A DNA stretch of 64,000 nucleotides from Lama guanicoe (GCA_013239625.1 MU053561.1:1783818-1847817); one strand, 5' to 3'. Shown: positions 49,067 through 61,619, counted from the stretch's first letter. The notes: generated by a model not told the origin, from the letters alone. A program made the numbers and translations.

Positions 49067-52000
49067 GATGACTATTTCTTTGAGACTTGATAAATTTCAA
49101 CCACTGAGAAACTGATTTCCATAGTTACAATGACTTATTTTAAGACTGTATTTCCCCCAAACTTCAGTAACTATCCAACCAGTCTTCCTTCTCACAGCCC
49201 CAAAGGTCAGCTTCCTGCTGTATAGGCTGCTGTCACTGAAGACACATTGCTAGCCTCTGAGAATTACGTCACTTAGAAGCCATTTTTTAAATATCTGTAC
49301 TGTCTTTCTGGTCCTGTATGGCTCTGAGTGCAAGGCTCGGGAATACGTTACCTGTACTAAAAAGTAGAAATTAAAAACTTGGATAATGGCACGCCACAAA
49401 ATCTTCTCTAGCTTTTAACGGTTATTGGAAATAGAGTACATAATCCCTTAGAGAAGCCATGGTTCTTCTACCAGTTTTTATAAGGCCCACCCAGGCTACT
49501 TTACTAGTAGTAAATACCACGAAAACACACTTTGCTTTCTTTCTAGCTTTCTTCATCTTCTTGTCCATTTTCTTCTGAATTTCCTCTTTGGAAAGGATAC
49601 GAAATACTTCTAGCACAGAATCGGTTCCCTAGAAAGGCAAAAGGTTGATGTGAGTCCAGGAGAGGAAATTTGTAATTTAGTAAAAACAAATCAATAATGT
49701 TTCTTTTTCTTCCCTTACTAGTTGTATTACCATGAACACCTAAACCTCTCTGGGATTGCTGTCACATCTTTAAAGTGGGGATACACGACTTCCTGTACAC
49801 AGCATTGATCTGAAGACTGAATAAGAAATTAATGCTTTTAAACTGCTTAGAAGAGCAGAGATTTAATAAATGTTTGCTAATAAGAACAATAATCGTTAAT
49901 TATTATTGTTGTTAAGCTAACAGAGCTAGGGAGTATTGGTGCACACAGTCCCATATAATGAATTCTTAACAGAATCAAAAATTCATCTCTACATGGAACA
50001 AAAGAGAAGAACAAGTCTCTGAAAGGAACAGCCTGGTCCTTGTTACTTTCTCCTAAAACTGGCACTCACGTGGCAAGCAAGAATCCTGCCTGTCCTGTCG
50101 ACTGCAAGGTTCACAACTCGGTCCCTTCCTTCCCGCATTATGGAACCAGCTTTTCTGCACGTAAGGATGCGCTGCAGAAGCAAGAGAAAAGATGAAGATG
50201 AATAGTTATTTCTGCTGACCCCTGAGGAGACATGGTTCTAAAAAAGGCAGGTGACAGTGATATTCCCTGAAAGGAATACTTTCCCACCACTCAACTCAAC
50301 TGAAGATAAGAAACAAAATGAATTACATCCTCAGGAGCTTCCTCCATCTCAAGGGTACCGTCCTCTGCTTCATGTGTGTCCTGTATTCCCGGGGAAGACT
50401 CTTTGATTTTCTTGGGCTCTGGTTCTTCTGGGTCTTCAATCTGTTTTAGAAAAATGGGAAAATAAAAGCTGAAATAATGTGCTCCAGAAGGTGACTCCTA
50501 ACCCTAATGACTTAGAAACCTGTCCTTATGGCCACTGATAACTTCTATTTGTGATCTCTCTGATCAAACCTCTTCAGTGGCAGCACTTTCACCAGAATGT
50601 ATTAAAAATTGACTCCATCAAGTGCAAGCAGGACATTATTCATTACACTAGCTCCAAAAACTTTCCATAGTATAAGGACTATTGTAACAAGGTGAAAAAG
50701 TGATGACCCCCATTAACTTTAAGAACTTCTCAGGTGAACCTACCATGTTCTAGAGGGAAAGAGTCAAATGGGCATCAGAATGGCAAAGGCATTGCATGAG
50801 AGGCTACATTTTTCTCCTTAAGTAAAGAAAAGATAAACCCTGGCCTACTAACGTAGAACTCATCAAAATGCCTACTGGACGCAACTCCACACACCTAACT
50901 CCAGCTAAACCTAAGGTCTATTTTTCCACAGAAAATCTTTAAGGATCTGAGAAAAAGTTATAGATCTTCTCAGAATATACATATTTATATAAATGGGCAC
51001 AAGTTTTATGTAAGATTTTTGTTTGAGGGAAGAGGGATACAGATATTCCCAAGTCCATCCATGGACACCCAAAGGTCATGGAATATGAGGCAGAGAGCCC
51101 TATGAACTAAAACACGAGCACTACCAGAAGCTGCGAGCCTAAAGCTATCCTTCCACGCGCAAATGAGAGCAATGGAGCAAAGAACGAAGGAAAAAACTGT
51201 CTAGAAATCGTAGGTTATTAGTGAAGGGAAAATCCCTTCTGGTAATATAGGAAGGACTCACTAATTACATCTGATTCTAAATTCAACGAGCCTGTGAAAC
51301 TGCTAACACATGACACTGCCACGACCAGGAAAAAGTAATTACCTCCTGCAGGTAAGCTATGTCCCAAGCCCTCAGCTCACTGTCGGAGGCCCCCGTGATG
51401 AGTCGCTTTTCTTCGGACACCAGCACCAGCCCCCACACCTACAGAGTGTAAAAGGAGTCAAATGAACTTGACTGTTAATGGATTCCAGCATGCAGGACCT
51501 GACAGTCCAACAGTTTACGTGTACTGTGGTGAACTCTTGTTGGCTTCTGCAAAGTCTAATATTAAGGTAACCCTTTCAAAATACACTAAGAGAAAGCCCA
51601 CTTTTAGTAGAACTTGTGCATATGTGACAGCCAGCAGTTCCTCTGTCGTCTCCTATCCACAAGCTTAGATGACGGCTGTTCAGCATAAATCCTAACTGGA
51701 AGCCCCTGCAGTGAGGATGTAAGTCTGATTCTTCTTTGCTTTCAGCAGCGCACTGCAAATAAAAGGTGCTCCATTCATGTCTATCAAACCATACTTTTTA
51801 GCCTCAAATATCCAAGAGCTAAACAATGAAAACAATAGTTTTGCTGTAAATCAACACAAAACCTAATTTGTTTCTTCCTCTGTACTAATTCTAAGGCATG
51901 ATACTCTCATCTATCCTAGGGTATGTATGTATTTTTTGGAATTATAATTCACACACAATATTCTATTAGTTTCAGGCATACAACACAGTGATTCAATATT

Positions 52001-55000
52001 TTTATACATTGTGAAATGATCACAAGAGACCCGTTCCCGTCCATATTATACAAAGGTGTTACAGTATTATGTGTACATTACATCCCATGACTTATCTTAT
52101 AGTTGGACCTTTGTACCTCTTAATCCCCTTCCTTTTTGTTCCTCCCCTCAACGCCAGGCATGTGTTTTTGAAAGCCTGGTGTGAACAAAGCACAAAGGAG
52201 GATGCAAAGATGTAGAACGTTCCCTGATCTCTATGGAACAGATCTATGTTCAGGTAACTGTCATGATGGCTGTGATTTGCTGTTTACCTGTCATCAGGCC
52301 AGGCACTGTACACAGAGTTATCATTAAACTTCCCTACGATCATAAAGGTGGACACACAATTTAAAAGTGAGGAAACCCATATTCATGGGTTAAAAACTTA
52401 TCAAAGGCCAATTTCTTACTAAATGCCAGAGCAGCTCCATCTGCTCTGATGGTTGACACTTCGTCCACCACACCAACTTCTTTCTCTCAAGACAAGTAGA
52501 CGATGATTTACTGTTAGCAGCAAAAACAGAGCCATGAAGGGGCAGAGAAGAAACCACCTTCCCTGTTCACCTTGTCATTCTTTCCCTGGGCCCGCCTCCC
52601 TACAGGTACCTCAGTTCGGTGGCCAACTATTGTTCTGAAGCAGTGCTGGGTATCCAGGTCCCACCATTTCACCATCGTATCTTTCCCACTGGAAGAAGAA
52701 ACAGGACAAAAAAATCTTATCAGGAAGAATCACTAAACTAACAGGGAGATCAAGGACTCATCTGTTGCCTTAAAAAGGCAATATACAGCAGTGATGTCTA
52801 ATGCTTCTATGGTACCTGACCCTTCTCTCAAAAAGTAAAGAATCCTAACTCTCCACGTGGCTCCTCTCAGGTAGACAATAAAGTGTTTAATCTGTAAGCA
52901 CAAAAACAGCCTTGAGTTCAGAGTGTGGCAGCACACAGAACCGGATCTGTTGCCTGTCATTTCCAAGACCAGAGCATCAACCCTCTTTCACACCGTCTAG
53001 CACAGAAACATCTTAGATCTCGCCTGCTCCCTTGTCTCCCGTGTCCAGTCAGTCACTAGGTCCTGAAAATGCCTCCTCTGGGAAGTCTCTAAGCCTTGAT
53101 TCCTTCCAATCCGTTTCTGTACACAAAGCTGAATTTAAATCCTATTGCCTGGGTTAATTTAGTAATTTATCGGGTCTCTGTCTATTCCTGTTCCCACCAA
53201 TACACTACAGTCAGACAGTCTCAGTTTTCTAAGTCTGCGCTTGCTCAAGGTTCTCTAAGATATGGAAACCAGGCTCCTCAGCACCATTCCCCGAACCTCC
53301 CATCGTCTGGCCCTTCATCTCCCTGCCGGTGCGCCCCACTCCTCGTGCCTCAAATGCCCGTGCCCGGCTTCTCAACCAATATGAATCCAGTACGATCCTG
53401 CTTCATGACAAAACTGGAAAAAAACCAAAAACCTGGTTTACAAAGTCTTTCCTATAATCTCACTTCAGGGTATTTTTGCTTCCCCTTATATTCCCTGAGT
53501 TGTAATGTGTGTGTATTTTCCAGCAGAGCCATTCCCTTACAGAGCGTGTTACCAGAACAAGGGACACACACATGTCCCTGCGTCCTATCCCACGGGAACT
53601 AATCCACCACTGGTACAGCACCTGGTGCTGCTCCTTCACAGCCCCTTCCGGGTCATCACTACGGGGCTTCTAATTACTGCCCGGCACAACTTAGGACCCC
53701 AGGCTCTCCCGGGTGGCCATTCCTTAGGAATGATAACCATTAGGTTGAATGATATGAAATTGCTGGTATTTGGCCCATCATTTTCAACCCACACAACTGG
53801 AAACTTCAACTCGTTCAGCCTAACAGATGTTCAGAAGGCCTCGACATGGAGTATGCCTCTTCTCCAAAGGTAGGCTGAAACAAACATCAGGTGTTCACAT
53901 CTCCCCACTGCTCTGTATTCTGCTTTTCCTGACTCTCTAGGGATCCAGAAAATAAAGACAACTCATTCTATAAAAGGTCTGTCAAAAGGTTAAGGAACAT
54001 GAAAAAGCTGGTATCAGGGGAAAAAACTGACAAATCATACAAGAGAATTAAAAAATGCTAAAATACCTCTGGATAGTGTCGATGACACTGTTTGGGAGGG
54101 GAGGGAAGGAGAGCGAGCAGAGAGCAGCAGGCAAGCAGCACAGGAGCTTGAGCACAGGGGGGAGCAACGAGTAAGGAATGGAGCAAGTTCCCTCTCTGAA
54201 ATCCTCCCCGATGAGTTCACCTGGAAAAAGAACTGGAAACGAAACTGTCATTTCTTTACCTGGTAACTAGCAGATTCTTTTCTCGCAGAAACAACGCCTG
54301 TGTGATGGCGTCCTTGTGCCCCTTCAGACGGTAGAGACCACTTTCATTGATCACATCCCACACAATAACATCTGTGTCCTAAAGGGATCGAACGATACAG
54401 AAGAATTTTATCACATAAGGCCTAACTTGAAAAGCAACAGGATGCACTATTTCTATTGCAAAAGTGGTAAGTAGTCCTTACAGAAAATTTGGAAAGCATA
54501 TAGAAAAGTACAGAGGAACAAACACCAATTAATCACCTACCCAGACTTCACCACCACGTTTGTTTTGTCTGGTCCCGGTCTTCATGTATACACACAGCTG
54601 ACTGAGATGACGCTATTCCTATCGTTTCATAACCCTCTCCCTTTCTCTCACCTACTACATTTCCACTTTTCCATGTCCTTCCAGGCTGTTTTCATTTTTA
54701 ATGGTCACATAATAACCAACCTTAAGGATATATCATAATTTTAACTTTTTTCTATTTCAACATTCCTGTACACAAATCTTCATATATATCTCTGATCAGA
54801 ATAAAGACTAAAAAGGGAAATTCTTGAGTTAAAAGCCATTTCTGTTTTAAGTGTGCAGTTCACACCGTCAAGGTGATCTCCAGCCTACAGGACAACCAGG
54901 GATTATGTGTGACAAGGCCAATCTTCCCATCCCTTTAGCTCTGGTTATGCTCAGCTACTCAGAAACCACCGCCAATTTCACAAGTTGAAAATGCTGTGTC

Positions 55001-58000
55001 AGTGCTGATTTGCATTTCTGAATACCAGTGAGAAATTCTGTACATGCTCTGTGGTGATTACTGACCACTCTGTACCTCTTCTGAACTGTAAATTCATGTC
55101 TCTCATCTTCCTTTACTTGACTGTAGGTTATTAAGACACGATATTGATCCTTTTTATACTGGAACTATCAAATATTTCTTTTTCATTGTTCCTTAATTTT
55201 CCAAATTTATTGAGAAAATAGCTGACATACATCACTGTAAGTTTAAGACACACACAAAGATCTAATCTGTTCTTAGAAACAATAATTAGTACAAAAAACC
55301 AAAAAATATGCAGTATACTGTTTATATGTATTTACATCCAATATAATGTGTATGTGCAGTTGAACTGTAATAATTCTACATAATAAAGCTGGAAAAAAAA
55401 TTTAATTAAAAAAAAAAGACATACAGCATGATGGTTTGATTTACATGTTTTGAAACAATTACCACAAACGGTTCCACTAACATCCCATCTTCTCAGATAC
55501 AAAAAGAAAAAAAAAAAAGGAAAAAAAATTTCTCCTTGAGATGACAACTCACGATTTATTCTCTTAACAACTTCTTTATACTGTTTTAATGCACAAATGT
55601 TTTAAATTTAAGTATTCAAATTTAGTCATCTTTTCTTTACAATTTCTTTTCTTGCTGCTATGCTTGAAGTCTTTTTCCACCTTGGTATCAGGTAAGTATT
55701 TATGTCTTCTAGTTTACTTAAATTATCATGGTTTAAAATTTAAGTCTTTAACCCATGACTCATTTTGGTACACGGCAGGAGGTAAAGCTTTAGCTTAAAA
55801 TTTCCCCCCACACAGCCAATTATCTCATTACCACTTTATAAGTAATCCATCCCTTTTCCACTCGCCAGAAATGTCATCTTTAAAATATACTAAGTAGCAA
55901 TCTTAAGTGGATTTGTTTCTGGGATTCTCATTTGGTTGCAATAATCATTTTTGTATTGATACCAGGTTAATACAATACATTATAAATTATGACTTCATAA
56001 TGCATTTTATATCTGAAACTTCGAACAACAAAAACAAAAATAAAAACAAAAACAAATCCTGAAAAAAAAAATCTGAAACCCTTTTATTACTTTTTCCCCA
56101 AATTCTCCTCTTTATTATTTACTTGTTTTCCCATATTTGCCTCTATATATCATTTGGTCACGTTCTAAAAAACAACAAAAAAAACCTTTGGGCTATTTAT
56201 TTTAATTGCTTTAACTATATAAACTAATTAGAAAGTAACTAGCATCTTTTCAATACTTTGCCTTCCCATTCAAGAACATGGTGTGTTTATTTATTCAAAT
56301 CTTCTGTTAACATTCTTTGGTAACGTCTCACAGTATTTTTGTGCCTGATACTTGCCGTACTACTGTAAATGGAATCACTCACATCATATTTTTTAACTGA
56401 AGATTGAGCTGTAGGAAAGCTACTGATTTTACAGAAATGAAAGGCCAAGAATCAATATTTTGTCTCTCCTTTTCCAACCTGTTTTATTTCCCCCACTTGT
56501 GTACTATTTTGGGTAGCACGTCCACAATGATGTTACATAATCATTGTCATGGGCGTTCTCATCTTGTTCCTGTATTTAACAGGCTTTTATCAGAGACTAT
56601 GACAGGAAACGAAATGAACCTCCCAATTCATACTCATCCTCATTTTGTTTCTACCACCTATACTGTTTTGTCCAAGTGCCCACTGTGTCACCCAACAGTT
56701 TCTGTGAACAACCTGCTTCAACATTAGCCTTACACTCCTTTACTAGATCTGGGCACCTAATTCAAGGTCTCACCTTGGACCCAGATGCAAGCCTGCCTCC
56801 CAGCTGATCATACTTCAGGGAAGTGATGGCTGCTTTGTGTCCATTGAAAGTCACATTTCCTTCTCCACTCAGGAGGCTGAAAATTCGAATAGACCCATCC
56901 TCATAACCGACAGCCAAGTGCAGCCCATCCGGGGAGGGGCACAAGCAAGTGACTTCGTGTTTAAGCCCCTGAAGGATTAGGATCTGAAATAATAAGAATC
57001 AAAACAATGCAGAGGAGTTAAGCATGTCATCAAGGGAAAAGTGTAAGAATAATCAAAGTTAAGAGTATCAGTAATTCCAAAGCGCTCTTATGAATAATAA
57101 TGAAACTTGCATTCTATCTCAAGTTCTTTAATATATGAATTATCTGTACTAGGTTAATGAAACATTCAAGAAACAGTAAAATTTTCTTCAGAGCTCTACA
57201 TCACCATAATACATGCAAAAACTTCTCAGGCAACGGAATATATTACTAAGATCTTATTTTATGTCAACATCAAATGACTTTCCATAAAGGGTAATAAACA
57301 CATACTTGCTTTAATTGAGCTCCAGCTCAGAAACCAACCTGCATGGTATGAGAATGCTAAAGTGGTTTATTCCCAAAGGACTCTGGGGTTGTGGCGGGGG
57401 GGGGGGATTGTACGTATAAAAGCATTACTCTCTTGGAGGTCACAAAGTGAGTGGATGAGATCAAAATCTCGGTATTTGGTTTGACAGAAGTGGTAGGCTT
57501 AGGGAATTCAGAGTCACACAAAGTATCAAAGGCTAGTTTAACAACCCTTGGGTCTCATCTGTATAATTAAGAAAACGATTCAGTCAATATAGCAGAGCAA
57601 TATTCCTTTTAAATCCTAATATTCTATATCCGGTTGTGAAGGCAAGTAGAAGTTGAAAAACTGAGAACTGGCAAAGCAGAGAAAAATCAGACATGTTGGG
57701 AATAACGATCACAAATAATGACCTGGAAACATCACTGCAAACAGATCTCTAAGTGGTAAGCTTTTATTTGGTTGTGGTTTTCAGAACTTAGTGCAGAAAA
57801 ACACAACAGAATCTGATACTTGGTTAGCCAGACCCAAAGGAAAAAAAATTTTCTAGGAGCGCACACATAAAAACTTCTGTGTATGATAAAGCAAAGCTCT
57901 TTCACTTCTGCCTCCATCCTCAAATACCTATAAATCAGTATTGTATCACCCCAGGTGATTTCTTTCTGCCTTACCTTCTCTCCTTTCCTTAAGTCCCAGA

Positions 58001-58145
58001 TGAAAACATGTTCACAGGCCGGTACTGCCACATAGCGTCCTTTTTCACCACGAAGTGTCACGAAGACAACATTGCCTTTCTGGCTGCCGATAAGGCCAAA
58101 GACAGCACTGGCAACATAGCGCAGGTACTGCTTGGTGAGTCCCAT
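32304..58145 (-). CDS. WDR3: WDR3 (WD repeat protein 3; DIP2/UTP12, SSU processome), complete spliced CDS, 26 coding exons, 943 aa
   Basis: Starts [17 protein letters not shown], has many GH...WD repeats, ends ...[18 protein letters not shown]. Exon lengths sum to 2832 nt with consistent phases and GT-AG introns. Confidence 0.98.
32746..32839 (-). CDS. WDR3: WDR3 exon 26
   Basis: [31 protein letters not shown]; 94 nt. Confidence 0.95.
32988..33018 (+). repeat. A31 homopolymer
   Basis: Seen directly; WDR3 intron 25. Confidence 0.95.
33811..33939 (-). CDS. WDR3: WDR3 exon 25 (UTP12/Dip2 domain)
   Basis: [42 protein letters not shown]; 129 nt. Confidence 0.95.
35575..35618 (-). CDS. WDR3: WDR3 exon 24
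   Basis: [14 protein letters not shown]; 44 nt. Confidence 0.93.
36284..36331 (-). CDS. WDR3: WDR3 exon 23
   Basis: [16 protein letters not shown]; 48 nt. Confidence 0.93.
36827..36919 (-). CDS. WDR3: WDR3 exon 22
   Basis: [31 protein letters not shown]; 93 nt. Confidence 0.95.
36877..37060 (+). other. SPAG17: Candidate non-coding terminal exon (3'UTR) of SPAG17, antisense-overlapping WDR3 exon 22
   Basis: Strong acceptor ttctttcattttcgcag| at 36876 and AATAAA at 37033-37038. The donor at 24640 needs a downstream exon. End coordinate approximate. Confidence 0.6.
37412..37477 (-). CDS. WDR3: WDR3 exon 21
   Basis: [22 protein letters not shown]; 66 nt. Confidence 0.94.
38041..38091 (-). CDS. 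WDR3: WDR3 exon 20
   Basis: [17 protein letters not shown]; 51 nt. Confidence 0.94.
38379..38513 (-). CDS. WDR3: WDR3 exon 19
   Basis: [45 protein letters not shown]; 135 nt. Confidence 0.96.
38653..38764 (-). CDS. WDR3: WDR3 exon 18
   Basis: [37 protein letters not shown]; 112 nt. Confidence 0.96.
38985..39085 (-). CDS. WDR3: WDR3 exon 17
   Basis: [33 protein letters not shown]; 101 nt. Confidence 0.96.
40118..40174 (-). CDS. WDR3: WDR3 exon 16
   Basis: [19 protein letters not shown]; 57 nt. Confidence 0.95.
40881..41016 (-). CDS. WDR3: WDR3 exon 15
   Basis: [45 protein letters not shown]; 136 nt. Confidence 0.96.
41182..41267 (-). CDS. WDR3: WDR3 exon 14
   Basis: [28 protein letters not shown]; 86 nt. 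Confidence 0.96.
42688..42789 (-). CDS. WDR3: WDR3 exon 13
   Basis: [34 protein letters not shown]; 102 nt. Confidence 0.95.
44695..44788 (-). CDS. WDR3: WDR3 exon 12
   Basis: [31 protein letters not shown]; 94 nt. Confidence 0.96.
44980..45580 (-). mobile_element. L1 3'-end fragment, interrupted by a SINE
   Basis: Same 3'UTR consensus as 11800 and 23500. Confidence 0.8.
45298..45478 (-). mobile_element. tRNA-derived SINE (Vic-1-like) inserted in an L1 3' fragment
   Basis: ggggattgaacccaggacc...gagctatgccctcctcccc; L1 sequence resumes after it. Confidence 0.85.
45765..47420. mobile_element. Ancient L2 element in WDR3 intron 11
   Basis: cattcaacaaatatgtat...tgccaggcactcttctaggtgctggagata tail and a degenerate purine-rich L2 body. 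Confidence 0.7.
47781..48011 (-). CDS. WDR3: WDR3 exon 11
   Basis: [21 protein letters not shown]...[30 protein letters not shown]; 231 nt. Confidence 0.96.
48485..48592 (-). CDS. WDR3: WDR3 exon 10
   Basis: [35 protein letters not shown]; 108 nt. Confidence 0.92.
49031..49063 (+). repeat. A33 homopolymer
   Basis: Seen directly; WDR3 intron 9. Confidence 0.95.
49531..49628 (-). CDS. WDR3: WDR3 exon 9
   Basis: [32 protein letters not shown]; 98 nt. Confidence 0.94.
50070..50171 (-). CDS. WDR3: WDR3 exon 8
   Basis: [34 protein letters not shown]; 102 nt. Confidence 0.95.
50327..50440 (-). CDS. WDR3: WDR3 exon 7
   Basis: [38 protein letters not shown]; 114 nt. Confidence 0.93.
51343..51438 (-). 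CDS. WDR3: WDR3 exon 6
   Basis: [32 protein letters not shown]; 96 nt. Confidence 0.95.
52610..52688 (-). CDS. WDR3: WDR3 exon 5
   Basis: [26 protein letters not shown]; 79 nt; donor gtacct. Confidence 0.94.
54260..54378 (-). CDS. WDR3: WDR3 exon 4
   Basis: [39 protein letters not shown]; 119 nt. Confidence 0.95.
56774..56983 (-). CDS. WDR3: WDR3 exon 3
   Basis: [20 protein letters not shown]...GGRLASGSK; 210 nt. Confidence 0.96.
57975..58145 (-). CDS. WDR3: WDR3 exon 2 coding part (ATG at 58145; exon probably starts 58175)
   Basis: [10 protein letters not shown]...[10 protein letters not shown]|gtaagg; 171 nt. Confidence 0.96.
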
Positions 58146-58739
58146 GTTCAGGCGTCCGACACCACAGGGAGGCAGCTGAGCGTCAAACAATGAAAATTTA
58201 GTTCTTTGGGTACCTTGGATCTGCTAGGCTAGCAAACATTTGGCTTTGATGCAGCTAAACAATTCATTTCTGCCCATTCTACTGTCATCAAAGTTTTTAC
58301 CATTGAGATTGACAGCCTGAGACTGAAAACATTTATCAACGAGCACCTACTGTAAACATACCAATTAGACAGGCAGTGATCTAGATGCTAGAGATATGGT
58401 GTTGAGTAAAACAAAATCCCTGATCTTGGAGCACTTACCTTCCATAATAGCAGCTCTCAAACTCCAGTGCGGATCTAAATTGCCCAAGGGATAGTTATGA
58501 AAAGATTGCTAGGAACCACCTCCACCTCACCTCCCCAGTGTCTATTTCTGATTCAATAGGTCTGGAGTGGGGCCCAACCTTTTTCATCTCTAACAAGTTC
58601 CCAAATGCTGCTGCTACTGTGCTAATACATTCAGGTCTGTCCTTGACTTCCAAATCAGGGCAGCCACCTCCTCTTGGCACATGCAAAAAAATGGTACTGC
58701 AACTCGGCACACTATTTTTGAAAGATGCAATAGTTCCTG

Positions 58740-59325
58740 TGTAACAGGACAGACCTGGGACAGACCACCCCCCACGTCCTCCACCCAACTGTTTTGCAGG
58801 AACTTTAGCACCCTAAGCCTTCCCCAAGTTCCAAAGAGCATATTTAATCAGAGAAGTGGGGAAAAAAATGCAGAAACAAAGGAAAACAGTCAGGCAAGAA
58901 AAAGCCAAGGACCTTCAGTTCCTCAAGGGCTATAGATAATATTCTGAGCCACATCCTTGAACTGTTTTGCAGATGCTGAAACCCCTCAGGTGGCAAGAAG
59001 TTAACTGCATGCAGACCACCAGCATGTAAACCCCAGATCAGGTGGAACCAGAAGGTTGATGGTGTTCAATCCCTATTACCTCATCACTAACCAATCAGAA
59101 GAACATCCACAAGCTGATCATGCACTACCCTCTCTCTCACCCTGTCTTTAAAAACCTTTCCCTGAAAGTCATGGGGTGGAGGTGAAGGTTGGGGTGAGAA
59201 TTCTGGTCTTTTAAGCACTGGTTGCCTGTTCTTGCTTGGCCTTGCAATCTAACACTGCACTTTCCTTCACCACAACCCAGTGTTACTGCCCACAGACAAG
59301 GGGATGCAGTTTGGGTTTGGTAACA
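58740..59325. mobile_element. Solo ERV1-type LTR (586 bp) in WDR3 intron 1
   Basis: TGTAAC...GTAACA termini, 4-bp TSD CCTG (58736-58739, 59326-59329), internal CCAATCAG and TTTAAAA. Confidence 0.75.
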
Positions 59326-61446
59326 CCTGCACTAAGTATCAAATTCACTGAAAACAATGGTTATGGGTTAAAAAGAGATCACAGATGAAGCAGATTAAGT
59401 TAATTAGCCTGTCAGCTGTTGCTATGGAAATATGAGTATACCCCAGAACACCTGTGCAACTTAAAAAACACAAGCTTATTAAACACAAGTGACAGCTTTT
59501 CTTAGCACTGTTTTTTTGTTGGTGGTGGTTCATTTATTTGGTTTAATGCTACAGGGTCTCTTTCTGATTATAATCTGCTATTTTAGTCTACTTTGCCAGG
59601 AAAATATTCAATGCCAACTCGATGGTAATATTCTCTTTTAATGATAATTTACTGGCCTCATTTTTCTTCTCCTAGGAACCAACATAAAGCCAGCTAAAAA
59701 TGAAGGAAAGGTAATACTAACATGGCGATAATGCTCTTAGCCCTGGCCATTTGATCAGTTCTTTCACAATTCATCTTTTTCCTCCAGCCCCAGCCCCTTA
59801 ACTGTATTTGTTTTTCATGGGAGTCTTTTGCCATTGACCAACTCCTTCCATAGTATTTTCCCTGGAGGCTTCATACAGCGGACTCAGGGACTCCCACATC
59901 TCTATTTCCAGTCCTGCCCACATGCATGAATACTAATTACACAGTTCCAAAAACTTACTAGACATCCCCATCCAAATACCCTGTAGCATCACATTACTGT
60001 GTCTAAAACCAAACCCACCTTGCTTCCTGAACCCCTCTCATTTTTTCCCTAACTTGAAGACACAAAATTCTTCAAGCCATTCAGGCTCAAAACCTTGTAG
60101 CAACCTTTGGCTCATTAATAAAATTATTTTAGCAGCCCAGACTTAAAGAGTGCTTACTATAAGGTAACTGATACATTAAATTATAAACGAATTAAAAGTG
60201 TAAACATATACAGCTGTTTAATTATATACAGCAGTTGAGTTAATTAAATGAATAAATGTACGTAAAGCACTTCAAAAAGCACCTAGTATATTGTAAATTT
60301 AAGCACAAAATTTTTTTCACAAGTACCTTACAAGGTAGGTACAATTCTTATCCCCATTTTACAGACAAGAAAATTAGGCACAAAGATGTAAAATACTAAC
60401 CCAAAGTCATTTAGCTAGTTTTAAGTGCCAACACCAGATTCCAATCAAGCCAAACTCCAAAAATACCTGCTTTTAACCACTAAACTACTTGTCTTTGCTT
60501 TTGCCTCTTTTTTATCTAAAACTTCGCCTGATTGTTCCTCTGACATAGAATCCTTTTCTCTTTCCACTATTTTCTGTTCCAGCTCCTTATCACTGCGTTC
60601 CTGCACTGATTTTCTATGTAGGACCTCAGTCTCTGTGTTTTTCATTCTTGTCATTTAAAAATAGTACTGCTGCCTGACTAATCTTTTCAGATGCATTCTT
60701 CCTACCCCAAAGCCCTTGAAAGGGCTAAACTGTTTGCAGTTCCCAAGAACTCAACGTATCTGTCCTGTATTTCTTGAATAAGCTTCTCTCGTCAGGCTAG
60801 TTGGTTTCCCTCCTTGTCCTGCCTTTTCATATGGTTCCTCCCACCTAGAGTAACAAGCACTCTCCCGTCTACCTATTTTAATCAATGTTATCCCCTAAGG
60901 CCCATTTCCCTCAGGGTTTTCTCTCAGGGTTTTCCACTGCCTCAATACTTCAAATGTCTTCCATACAACTTGGCCCTCGTCACTTTGATCCACGTGCATA
61001 TATCTCGACGCTTTCTGAAGAGAGAGCGCAAGACCTAACCTTCCTCTGCGCCCCTACCATCCCTGTTTCCTTAGCCCAAAGCCCCTCCTCCCCAAACATG
61101 CTGCTTCCATGATGCACCGAAAGGCTGGGCCGCGTAACAGTCCTGCCAGACGTCCCTAAACCGAGTCTTCAGTCAGAAGGTGAGGGGGGATTCCGCACAC
61201 CCACCTCGCCGCGAGAGCATCGCAGGCGAGCCCTGCAGACGCACGCGCCAGCCTCCTGCGTCCGCGGGCGGCTCCCTGAAGCGGTGGGGCGCTCGCAGTA
61301 GCTCAGGTTACCCCCTACCCTAGCGACCTGGCCCCAGTCCCCTCTGCTTCCTCTGCTGCTGGCACCACGAAGGCCTCAGCCAGAACCAGACAGACTCGTA
61401 GAAGCCGATCAAATGCTTTCGGCTGCCGCGCACCTATAGTACTCAC

Positions 61447-61530
61447 CTAGGCCTCCACGAGGCTCGGGGCTGGTTGGACCCGCCCACTGGGCCCGCCCCT
61501 TCCGGATCCGCTCACGGACCCTCTTCCGCC
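61447..61530 (-). other. WDR3: Candidate WDR3 non-coding exon 1 (TSS approximate)
   Basis: Consensus donor CTAG|gtgagt on - (actcac at 61441-61446) inside the CpG island. Confidence 0.55.
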
Positions 61531-61619
61531 CGACGTTCCCTTTGCCTTCGGGGGGAAATGACGTAAAATCCAGGCTCTGATTGGTGAGCGCCGGCTTGGG
61601 GCGGAAGCCAGGGGTTTGC

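Noticed and set aside
53096..53873. 168-aa and 122-aa ORFs
   Set aside because: They fall in pyrimidine-rich, old L2-like intronic sequence and look like chance ORFs
60445..60654. Charged 69-aa ORF on - in WDR3 intron 1
   Set aside because: Purine-rich compositional bias, no convincing splice sites; the WDR3 CDS is complete from ATG 58145
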